The position numbers were made by a program, and so were the translations under genes. Of a DNA stretch of 64,000 nt, positions 56,618 to 64,000 are shown in pieces. This DNA is from Fimbriimonadales bacterium (lineage in GTDB: Bacteria > Armatimonadota > Fimbriimonadia > Fimbriimonadales > ATM1), in contig JBGTLG010000033.1 of assembly GCA_041744215.1 (NCBI GenBank), forward strand, positions 116,129-180,128. Reading direction: 5' to 3'. Every line of letters begins with the position of its first letter. Position 1 is the first letter of the stretch. The notes under the pieces are model-generated. The model was not told the DNA's origin. It saw nothing but the letters and a program-made list of their open reading frames with translations, and did not search any database.

Positions 56618-57672
56618 TAGCGCATTATCCTCGCAGTCACTTTGAAGTCGTCACCGAGCGGTTCGACCTTCATGTCCTTCAGTCGCCACGCATCTGCCAA
56701 AGCCTCGACTCCGCGCCCATCGAGCCAGGATCGTCCCGCTCCTAGAAGCTTCGGGGCGACGTGCAATTCGATCTCGTCGACTAGCCCTTGTCGGAAAAAC
56801 GGCTCGAGCGTTTGGCCGCCACCTTCGACCAACACACCGATTACACCACGGCTTGCGAGTTGGGTGAGCAGTCCTTGCAGCGAGATTTCTTCGTGGATTC
56901 GCTGCGGTCGAATAGTAGCTACGTTTCGCTCTTCTTCGGACTCGGTTACCCAAACTGTTCTTTCCGGATCGGTTGTGAAGACTCGCGCGTGTTCTGGCGT
57001 GATTCCCTCGGGATCCAATACGACTCGAACAGGTTGGCTCTTCGCATCGACATCGCGAACGGTGAGCGCTGGGTCGTCATTGATGACTGTGTTCGCTCCG
57101 ACAAGGACACAACCCATTTCAGCGCGCAGCTCGTGCGCGCGCTCTCTCGCTTGGTCACCTGTAATCCACTTGCTCTCACCGGATCGCGTGGCGATCCGGC
57201 CGTCGAGCGTGGTGGCTGCCTTTGCCAGCACGAAAGGTCGGCCGCGTTCATAGCGGGTGAGAAAAACTCGGTTGACGTTCGTCGCCTCGTCTTTAAGCAT
57301 CCCTTCCTCGACCAGAACACTTTGTGATTGAAGCCGACTGGCGCCTCCCGCTGCATCCTGGTTTGGATCTTTGACCGCGTACACGACCCGCCGAATACCT
57401 GCAGCGACTATTGCATCGACGCATGGCGGCGTTTTCCCGTGATGACTGCATGGCTCAAGTGTTACGAATAGCGTAGCAGCGCGTGCATGTGCGCCCGCTT
57501 CGTTTAGCGCGATGACTTCCGCGTGATCTAAGCCTGCGGCCTCATGAAAACCAGTGCCGACTACTTTTCCGTCGAGAACGACAACACAGCCAACGCGAGG
57601 ATTCGGAGCAGGAAAACCTCTCTTCGACAACTCGATCGCTTCGCGCATGAAGGCGAAGTCCGACTCAGTCAT
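56617..57672 (-). CDS. ribD: Bifunctional riboflavin deaminase/reductase
   Basis: PNPRVG, HAE, TLEPC..KTPPC, SKWITG, VEGG. Confidence 0.97.
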   Translation of the reverse strand: MTESDFAFMREAIELSKRGFPAPNPRVGCVVVLDGKVVGTGFHEAAGLDHAEVIALNEAGAHARAATLFVTLEPCSHHGKTPPCVDAIVAAGIRRVVYAVKDPNQDAAGGASRLQSQSVLVEEGMLKDEATNVNRVFLTRYERGRPFVLAKAATTLDGRIATRSGESKWITGDQARERAHELRAEMGCVLVGANTVINDDPALTVRDVDAKSQPVRVVLDPEGITPEHARVFTTDPERTVWVTESEEERNVATIRPQRIHEEISLQGLLTQLASRGVIGVLVEGGGQTLEPFFRQGLVDEIELHVAPKLLGAGRSWLDGRGVEALADAWRLKDMKVEPLGDDFKVTARIMR

Positions 57673-57973
57673 CCCCCTCTGATTCCTTCTTCTTTGGTTC
57701 CGGAATGGACGTGAGCAAGTCGGCCAGGTTTTGCATCGATTGCTCTTCGAATTCGCGCCGCAGTCGCCGCACCATCAGGATCGCGCTCGCAGCAGCGACG
57801 AACCACACGACGGCAACCGTGGAAACATAAAACGCCATCCGTGTTGCGTAGAGCTTCTTCGCATGAACTGATGCGGCGTCCGCCGGCATGGTTCCGACGA
57901 GCCATGGATAGCTCAGCAAGAGTACGACTCCTAAGATCACGAACGTCGTCGTTACGATGCGGAGGACTCGCAT
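57665..57973 (-). CDS. Small 2-TM membrane protein
   Basis: Two hydrophobic segments; overlaps both rpe and ribD. Confidence 0.7.
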   Translation of the reverse strand: MRVLRIVTTTFVILGVVLLLSYPWLVGTMPADAASVHAKKLYATRMAFYVSTVAVVWFVAAASAILMVRRLRREFEEQSMQNLADLLTSIPEPKKKESEGDD

Positions 57974-58608
57974 ATTGCTCTCCTCAGCGCGGCTATGCGC
58001 TCGGCCGGTTCACCTGAGAATACAAAGGATCCGGCGACAAGAACATCCGCCCCTGCGGCGACGGCACTTGCTGCAGTCCTCGCGTCAATTCCGCCGTCGA
58101 CCTGGATGAAGTGTTTCGGCGCGAGCCGCCGGGCATCCGAGACCTTTCGCAGACACTCGTCTATGAACCGTTGACCGCCCCAGCCTGGGTTTACCGTCAT
58201 CACGAGAATCAGATCGACCAATTCAACGACTTCAGCGGCGGCATGAATCGGCGTGCCTGGGTTGAATGCGACACCCGCCTTCAATCCTGTTTCTCGAATT
58301 GTCTGCAAAACCCGGTGCAGGTGAGAACATGCTTCTGCGTGAACCGTGATTCTGTCTGCGCCCGCGTCTCGAAACATCTCGATCTGCGTTTCAGGATGAT
58401 CGATCATCAAGTGGCAATCGAGAGGCTTGGTCGTCAGTGACCGGATCGCGGCAACCATCTGCGCGCCAAACGTTATGGGAGGCACGAACGACCCGTCCAT
58501 CACGTCGACATGTATCCAATCAGCGTCGGAGGCCTCGAGCAACTCGACAGCTTCGGCCATACGGCCAAAGTCTGCACTCAGAATTGATGGCGCAATCTTT
58601 ATGTTCAA
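57952..58608 (-). CDS. rpe: Ribulose-phosphate 3-epimerase
   Basis: IAPSILSADF, HVDVMDG, HLM, MTVNPGWGGQ, QVDGG. Confidence 0.97.
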   Translation of the reverse strand: MNIKIAPSILSADFGRMAEAVELLEASDADWIHVDVMDGSFVPPITFGAQMVAAIRSLTTKPLDCHLMIDHPETQIEMFRDAGADRITVHAEACSHLHRVLQTIRETGLKAGVAFNPGTPIHAAAEVVELVDLILVMTVNPGWGGQRFIDECLRKVSDARRLAPKHFIQVDGGIDARTAASAVAAGADVLVAGSFVFSGEPAERIAALRRAICESSAS

Positions 58609-60416
58609 TCCAATGAGCCCCTTCTGTTAGGATACGTCATTTCAAGATTGTTGTTGTAATAGACTCGGAACGTGGCATTTTTCCCAAAACCATCTACGAG
58701 CGGAAGATCGACCACATCTCCATTTGAATGCTCACTCTCATAGACGACTTGCGGCTCTCCGCGCGCGTCTGTCATCTCCACCCTGACCATCACTTCAATC
58801 GTGCTGCGCACCGTAAACTGGAGCGACCAGGTGTTTGGCGTCAATTCCGCCACTGGAACATTCGGCCTGTCCGGGCGTTCGCTGCCGCTACTCACCGTTA
58901 TCGTAATCTGGGAACCTCGCTCTACCTTTTCCCAGGGACCCGGGTCGGTTTTGATGATGAGCCCCTCTTCGAATCCGCGCGCGGCCTCGCGACGAATCGT
59001 AGGATCCAGTTGGAGCGACGCTGCATCGAGTCGCACTCGTCCTTCGGACAAGTGGAGCCCGCGTAAATCTGGAACTTCGACCATCCGTGTGCCAGCACTC
59101 AGCTTCACTTGAATCGTCGCACCTTCCTTGATTGGCGTACCGGGAGCAGGGTCCATAAAGAAAACCGTTTTTGGCTGCGGGTACCGCTCGTTGTATTCTT
59201 CTCCCGCATTGACCAATTCCAGCCCGAGCCCATTTGCAACCTGACGCGCCTCGGTCATTGACTTGCCAATAAGGTTTGGCGCGTCGATCGCTTTCTTTTG
59301 AGTCAGGTTGAAGAACACGTACCAGATGGCGAGCAGCGCGACCATTCCTGAGAGCGCCCAAACCAAGCCACGCAACCACCACGGGACATCGTCTGGTGGC
59401 GCTTCCGCAGCGAGCGGTATGCGCTTGGGTGTTCTGGGTCCGCTCTTCGCGTCAGCAGCTCGGCGGTCAAACGTCTTCTCGTGAACCGCGCCGCCCATTC
59501 GCTGTGCGCGTTTCTCTTTGTACGTCTGCGCAGTACGCGGTCCGTGCGCGTAAGCCTGCGTCCCTTCGAGCGGGAAGTCAAGACTCTTGCCGAACCGAAG
59601 CGCGTCGAGCAGTTTGCGCAAATCGCTTACGAGCGCACCTGCTGACGCGTATCTTTCTGCGCGATCCTTCGCCATCGCGCGCTGGAGGATTTCGTCTAGT
59701 ACCTGTGGTACCGCAGGGTTCATCGCGCGGGCCGATGGAACTGGCTGTGTGGCGTGCTTTGCAATGATTGAAGCAGGCGTCAGTCCTGAAAACGGCATTA
59801 GGCCAGTAAGAAGTTCGAAGAGAATGATTCCAACCGCGTATACATCGCTCGCATACGACGGCAATTCGCCTTCGATAATCTCGGGAGACAGGTAGGGCGC
59901 CATTCGATTGAGCACCATCCCTCCGGCGCTTTCGCTTGCTCCGTAGCACTCCCAGAGTCCGAAGTGCATGACCGCAATACGCCCTTCGAGTGTCGCGAGC
60001 ACGTGATCCGCGCAAAGATCGCCATGAGGCATGCCATAGGTTGCACCGTGCTCCAGGGCCTCGCAAATCCCGATCGCTATCTCGACCGCGACGGAGGGCG
60101 AAAAAGGGGCGAGCCTCTTGATTCTTTCCGACAGTGTCGTTCCTCTGACAAGTTCCGTTACTACGAAGGGGCGGCTCTCATGCTCGTCTATCTCATAAAC
60201 CGTTACAATGTTTGGGTGGTCGATGACTTTCGTGCGCTCGACAATTTGCCCGAGCGTTTGGACAAAGTCGGGTTCCGATGCATAAGGCAGCTTGACCATG
60301 CGCAAGCAAACGTCGGAGTTTCTCACCCGATCGCGCGCGACGTAGTTATCGAAAACTGCCGATGAGTTCAGCGCTTCGATGACCTCGTAGCGTAGACGAA
60401 CGAGCTCCCCGATCAC
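58605..60416 (-). CDS. PknB/PrkC-like kinase-fold, TM, two-PASTA protein with degenerate catalytic motifs
   Basis: HPNIV, YLSPE, SDVYAVG..ELLTG; TM segment; PASTA repeats (APNLIG, VPDLRG). GTG 60416 in a GTGA overlap. Confidence 0.9.
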   Translation of the reverse strand: MIGELVRLRYEVIEALNSSAVFDNYVARDRVRNSDVCLRMVKLPYASEPDFVQTLGQIVERTKVIDHPNIVTVYEIDEHESRPFVVTELVRGTTLSERIKRLAPFSPSVAVEIAIGICEALEHGATYGMPHGDLCADHVLATLEGRIAVMHFGLWECYGASESAGGMVLNRMAPYLSPEIIEGELPSYASDVYAVGIILFELLTGLMPFSGLTPASIIAKHATQPVPSARAMNPAVPQVLDEILQRAMAKDRAERYASAGALVSDLRKLLDALRFGKSLDFPLEGTQAYAHGPRTAQTYKEKRAQRMGGAVHEKTFDRRAADAKSGPRTPKRIPLAAEAPPDDVPWWLRGLVWALSGMVALLAIWYVFFNLTQKKAIDAPNLIGKSMTEARQVANGLGLELVNAGEEYNERYPQPKTVFFMDPAPGTPIKEGATIQVKLSAGTRMVEVPDLRGLHLSEGRVRLDAASLQLDPTIRREAARGFEEGLIIKTDPGPWEKVERGSQITITVSSGSERPDRPNVPVAELTPNTWSLQFTVRSTIEVMVRVEMTDARGEPQVVYESEHSNGDVVDLPLVDGFGKNATFRVYYNNNLEMTYPNRRGSLD

Positions 60417-60625
60417 GCTGTTTGATCCTCCTCGTCTTGCTTTAGCGATAGCGCGATTGCGCATACCAAGAGAATCCAGCCAATGATGATGTTGCGCGAA
60501 TGCATGATGGAGTCGAATTCGCCGAGGCGGTTGCCCACGTAGTACCACTGCTGCATCAAGTTGCCACCGATAAGAATGACGAACGCGAACGCGGCAGCAA
60601 AAAAACGAATCTTACGCCGGCTCAT
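60413..60625 (-). CDS. Small 2-TM membrane protein
   Basis: 70 aa, overlapping aroB and the kinase-like gene by 4 nt each. Confidence 0.7.
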   Translation of the reverse strand: MSRRKIRFFAAAFAFVILIGGNLMQQWYYVGNRLGEFDSIMHSRNIIIGWILLVCAIALSLKQDEEDQTA

Positions 60626-61650
60626 CTTGCGTCTAGCACCCCACGCACGATATCGATATCGAGGTCTGCGACTAGCTTGCAGGATCCAACATTCTGAATC
60701 AGTGACATCGATACTAATCCGTTAGACGTTTTTTTGTCTCGACGCATAGCAGGCAACAGAGTATCGGCGCTCAGTCCATCAGGCAGTGCGTGCGGAAGTC
60801 CAATGTGCTCTGCGAGCGACCTTAGCCTGGATACTACACTCTCTTCTGTGAGACCGAGTCGAACCCCGATCTCCGCTTCCACAATCATACCAATCATGAC
60901 GGCCTCGCCATGGAGAATGCCCTTGTAACTGAGAGCGGATTCGATCGCGTGGCCAACGGTATGGCCAAAGTTGAGGACCGACCTTTGGCCCGTCGTCTCG
61001 CGGGGGTCTGCCTTCACAACGGCCGCTTTGAGCTCCACGCACCGCGCGACGACGTTCGCAATATCTGGTTCCGGCGCTTCTAACATCTCGAGAAGGGAGG
61101 CATCAAAGACGAAGCCATATTTGACCACCTCTGCCAAGCCGTTCCGCATTTCGCGCTTGGGCAAAGTCTCAAGATGTACTGGGTCACACCACACGACCGC
61201 GGGCATATGAAACGCGCCGACAAGGTTTTTGCCCGCGGAAAGGTCGATTCCTGTTTTGCCGCCGTGCGCAGCGTCGACCTGAGCCATTAGCGATGTTGCG
61301 ATCGCCATCCAGCGGATGCCTCGCATGTAGGTCGCTGCAACGAAGCCCGCGAGATCGGTAACCACCCCCCCGCCAATCGCGAGGATTGCGGATTTGCGGT
61401 CCGCGCCTTGTGCGGCGAGCCATTCGGACACTCGCGCCCATTCTTCGATGCTTTTGGTTGTTTCGCCTGGTTTCAGAATGAGCTTCGTCCCAAGTTTGAA
61501 ACGGTGTGCAACGTGCTCTTCGACGTTTTCGTCGGTGAGCACGTAGAGTCGATTGATGTCTTGCTTCTCGATCTCCCTTGTGACGGCTCCTGCATCGAGG
61601 CGACCGAGTGTTGCGACGCTGTCGGGGCCAAAGCTGATTTGCTTCACCAC
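60622..61650 (-). CDS. aroB: 3-dehydroquinate synthase
   Basis: GGGVVTDLAGF..YMRG, GGKTG, KNLVGAF, LNFGHTVGHAIE, HGEAV. Confidence 0.97.
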   Translation of the reverse strand: MVKQISFGPDSVATLGRLDAGAVTREIEKQDINRLYVLTDENVEEHVAHRFKLGTKLILKPGETTKSIEEWARVSEWLAAQGADRKSAILAIGGGVVTDLAGFVAATYMRGIRWMAIATSLMAQVDAAHGGKTGIDLSAGKNLVGAFHMPAVVWCDPVHLETLPKREMRNGLAEVVKYGFVFDASLLEMLEAPEPDIANVVARCVELKAAVVKADPRETTGQRSVLNFGHTVGHAIESALSYKGILHGEAVMIGMIVEAEIGVRLGLTEESVVSRLRSLAEHIGLPHALPDGLSADTLLPAMRRDKKTSNGLVSMSLIQNVGSCKLVADLDIDIVRGVLDAR

Positions 61651-62141
61651 CCGAGCCTCCCACGAAGATCCTCAACGACAATGGAGGGCGAAGCAGAGGC
61701 GTCGACGACGAAGTCTGCAGTCTCGTAGATCTCTTCGCGTTCTTTGAGCAATTCTCTAATCGCGGCCTCGATACCCGAATCCAGCTTTGGTCTTACGCTG
61801 GGCGCGTCAGCAAGGCGCTCGACGAGCAGGTTGACTGGAACACGGAGGTAGGCGAGTGGCGCCATCTTTCGCATTTGGACCAGATTGACGCTGTTGCAAG
61901 GGGTTCCGCCACCTGCGGCGAGGACGGACCGTTCGTCCAGTCGCACCGAAGACAGCGCTTCGCGTTCGAGGGCACGAAACTTAGCCTCTCCCTGCGTCTC
62001 GAAGATTTCGCGCACCGACATCTCTGCCCGTTCTTCGACCAGATCATCCAAATCGGCAAAGTTGCCCCCGACTCGACTGGCGAGCAACCTGCCGACCGTG
62101 GTCTTCCCGGAGCCCATCATGCCAATGAGAATGACGCCCAT
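61644..62141 (-). CDS. aroK: Shikimate kinase
   Basis: LIGMMGSGKTTVG, DLD, GE..FR..E, GGG, RP.L. Confidence 0.96.
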   Translation of the reverse strand: MGVILIGMMGSGKTTVGRLLASRVGGNFADLDDLVEERAEMSVREIFETQGEAKFRALEREALSSVRLDERSVLAAGGGTPCNSVNLVQMRKMAPLAYLRVPVNLLVERLADAPSVRPKLDSGIEAAIRELLKEREEIYETADFVVDASASPSIVVEDLRGRLGW

Positions 62142-62150
62142 ATACAAAGG

Positions 62151-62186
62151 ATCGGAGCGGCCGGAATCATTTCCGACCGCTCCGAT
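62151..62186. terminator. Hairpin between the secretin gene and aroK
   Basis: ATCGGAGCGG(C)CGGAA / TTCCG(A)CCGCTCCGAT. Confidence 0.55.
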
Positions 62187-62215
62187 TTTAGCTTAGGACG
62201 GAGGTACTTGAGGAT

Positions 62216-63874
62216 TTACCCACCAAAGCCTGTCTGGCCCTCTTTCACGATTGTTGGCGTGATGAGGATCAGCAGCTCCTGGTTGTCCACGTTCTTCGTG
62301 GATGACCGGAAGAGTTGGCCAATGATAGGCAAGTCGCTGAGGATTGGGTATCGCTGAGTGCTGAACGTCTCTCGTTTTCGGTTCAGACCGCCCACCACGA
62401 TCGTTTCGCCGTTGTTGACTCGAGCCGTGACGAAGATCTGCTGCGAGATGATCTCGGGGAACTCTTCGCCTTGTGGCCCACGAACTGTGCCGGCAATTTC
62501 AGAGATGACGGGGCTAATCGTCATCGTGATCGTGTTGTCCGCGTTGATACGCGGCTGGACGCTGAGTCCGGTTTGGATCGAGATTTGGTTCAGCTGCGGC
62601 GCAGTAATGACCTGGCCGTTGCCCACCGAGATGATCTGGGTGAGAACGATCCACGTGTCAAGCTGCTGCAGCACTTGGGCTGGCTGGTTGTTGAGCGTCC
62701 TGACGATGGGGGCGTTTACGATTGTGCCGCCACCTTCGAGAAGCGCCGTTCTCAGCCTGCTGGAGAAGTTGCCGCTTGCCCAGTTGAAGAAGAACGGGTC
62801 TCCCGAGCGAGCCATCGTTCCGGGCGTATTGCCCATGAACACTTGGCCTCGCTGGAACAGCCAGTCAATACCGAGGCTTCTTGAGTTGTTTGCGGTTGTC
62901 GTTACGAACTCAACCTTGATGATCACCTGTTGGGGCACGGTGTCGAACTGTCGAATGATGCGCTCGAGTTGCGCAATCGCGCTGTCGGTGCCTCGCACGA
63001 TGAACGAGTTGTCGGTCGGGTCGTAGACGATGTTGTCAATGTCCTGAGGGACGAAACCTTGGCCGCCTTGAAGTGTGACCTGGCCGCCTTGACCGAAGCC
63101 ACCGCCTCCTTGACCGAGGCCGCCGCCGCCGCCTTGGCCAAAACCACCGCCACCCTGGCCGAAGCCGCCTCCGCCTCCGCCGAGTCCACCGCCACCACCA
63201 CCTGGTGATATCTGATTGGCTCCGCCGGGTACGGATATCCCGCCTTCAGAGCCGCCGAGTGTTGTTGGCTGTGCGATGGGTGCGCCACCGGTCATCGGAG
63301 AGAAGGATGCCGCCTGCGACATGATCACGGGTTGGTCTGCGCCGCGGTTGATGTATGACGCGATGTTCATTTGTCGAAACTTCATCAGCGCTTTCATCTC
63401 GCCGAGCACGTCGACTTCGCGCGCGAAGATTCGCTCGAAGATGTCACGCGGGTTCCCGTGAAGGACCGGTATCTTCTTGACGATTCTCTCTTCCGGCGGA
63501 GTCTGGGGCGCGGTCATTTGATTGACCGGCGGGGCTGAAGTCTCCGTACCCTTGCGCCAGATGACATAGATGCCACCCGCATCGCGACGGTACTCTGCTC
63601 CGGCTGATTCGCAGATATAGCGGATCGCCTCGTCGAGTGTCGAGTTCGTCAATCTGAGCGTGATCAGGTTGTATGGCTGAGCGCTCGGCTTGAAGACGAA
63701 CTGCAGATCAAGCCCGGTCTGAAGGGAGAGGGCTTTGGTTGCGTCCTGCAGTTCCGCGCCCTCCAAGATTAGGTCGAATCGCTTCTCCTGCTCGCCACCC
63801 TGCGCGAAAGCCGACGTTGCGGCACCGAGCATTGCGACTGCAGCAAGAATTGCGAATACAAAGCGAGTATGCAT
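62216..63874 (-). CDS. Secretin (PilQ/GspD family) with a Gly-rich insertion
   Basis: Signal peptide, N domains, DPTDNSFIVRG, V.PRIN, NGETIVVGG, P.LSDLPIIGQLF, ELLILITPTI. Confidence 0.92.
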   Translation of the reverse strand: MHTRFVFAILAAVAMLGAATSAFAQGGEQEKRFDLILEGAELQDATKALSLQTGLDLQFVFKPSAQPYNLITLRLTNSTLDEAIRYICESAGAEYRRDAGGIYVIWRKGTETSAPPVNQMTAPQTPPEERIVKKIPVLHGNPRDIFERIFAREVDVLGEMKALMKFRQMNIASYINRGADQPVIMSQAASFSPMTGGAPIAQPTTLGGSEGGISVPGGANQISPGGGGGGLGGGGGGFGQGGGGFGQGGGGGLGQGGGGFGQGGQVTLQGGQGFVPQDIDNIVYDPTDNSFIVRGTDSAIAQLERIIRQFDTVPQQVIIKVEFVTTTANNSRSLGIDWLFQRGQVFMGNTPGTMARSGDPFFFNWASGNFSSRLRTALLEGGGTIVNAPIVRTLNNQPAQVLQQLDTWIVLTQIISVGNGQVITAPQLNQISIQTGLSVQPRINADNTITMTISPVISEIAGTVRGPQGEEFPEIISQQIFVTARVNNGETIVVGGLNRKRETFSTQRYPILSDLPIIGQLFRSSTKNVDNQELLILITPTIVKEGQTGFGG

Positions 63875-63926
63875 GTCCTCCGTTCTCCTTTATGATTCGT
63901 TGCTTGGACTGGCCGTACGAGGGACG

Positions 63927-64000
63927 TTAGCGTCCACCACCGATGTTTCCGCCACCGCCGCCGCCTCTGCCGGCACCACCGCCGCCAAAGCCGCCGCCGC
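63927..64000 (-). CDS. Gly-rich C-terminus of an upstream gene (partial)
   Basis: Reads GGGFGGGGAGRGGGGGGNIGGGR-stop (TAA at 63929-63927) and runs off the window. Confidence 0.7.
   Translation of the reverse strand, partial: GGGFGGGGAGRGGGGGGNIGGGR

Overview
GC-rich bacterial chromosome segment. A PEP-CTERM protein, a secreted peptidase with a distinctive C-terminal module and the overall gene repertoire suggest Armatimonadota/Fimbriimonadia; this is an inference, not a database result. Most of the window is housekeeping or envelope genes (gyrA, alr, CIRCE-groES-groEL, galK, mnmA, hppD, dnaN, aspartokinase, rplU-rpmA, ribD/ribE, rpe, aroK/aroB, secretin, several peptidases). Two accessory regions stand out. 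(1) About 1.6-5.6 kb holds six co-oriented, mutually unrelated small membrane-protein genes separated by copies of a diverged junction repeat (two copies identical at 138/145 nt). It looks like an orphan-immunity or cassette array, and no integrase or toxin gene was recognised in the window. (2) About 46.6-54.2 kb is a defence-like island (DUF2726, DUF2075 nuclease-helicase, HNH nuclease, HNH remnant, NERD-helicase). The left borders of both regions carry copies of the same ~200-bp non-coding element with GGTTGAC/GTCAACC ends and 9-bp tandem repeats. Other points: a PASTA pseudokinase, dnaN behind an ECF sigma/anti-sigma pair, an atypical GyrA quinolone-binding region, a separate ACT-only gene coupled to aspartokinase, and many apparently leaderless genes. 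No rRNA, tRNA or CRISPR array was found.
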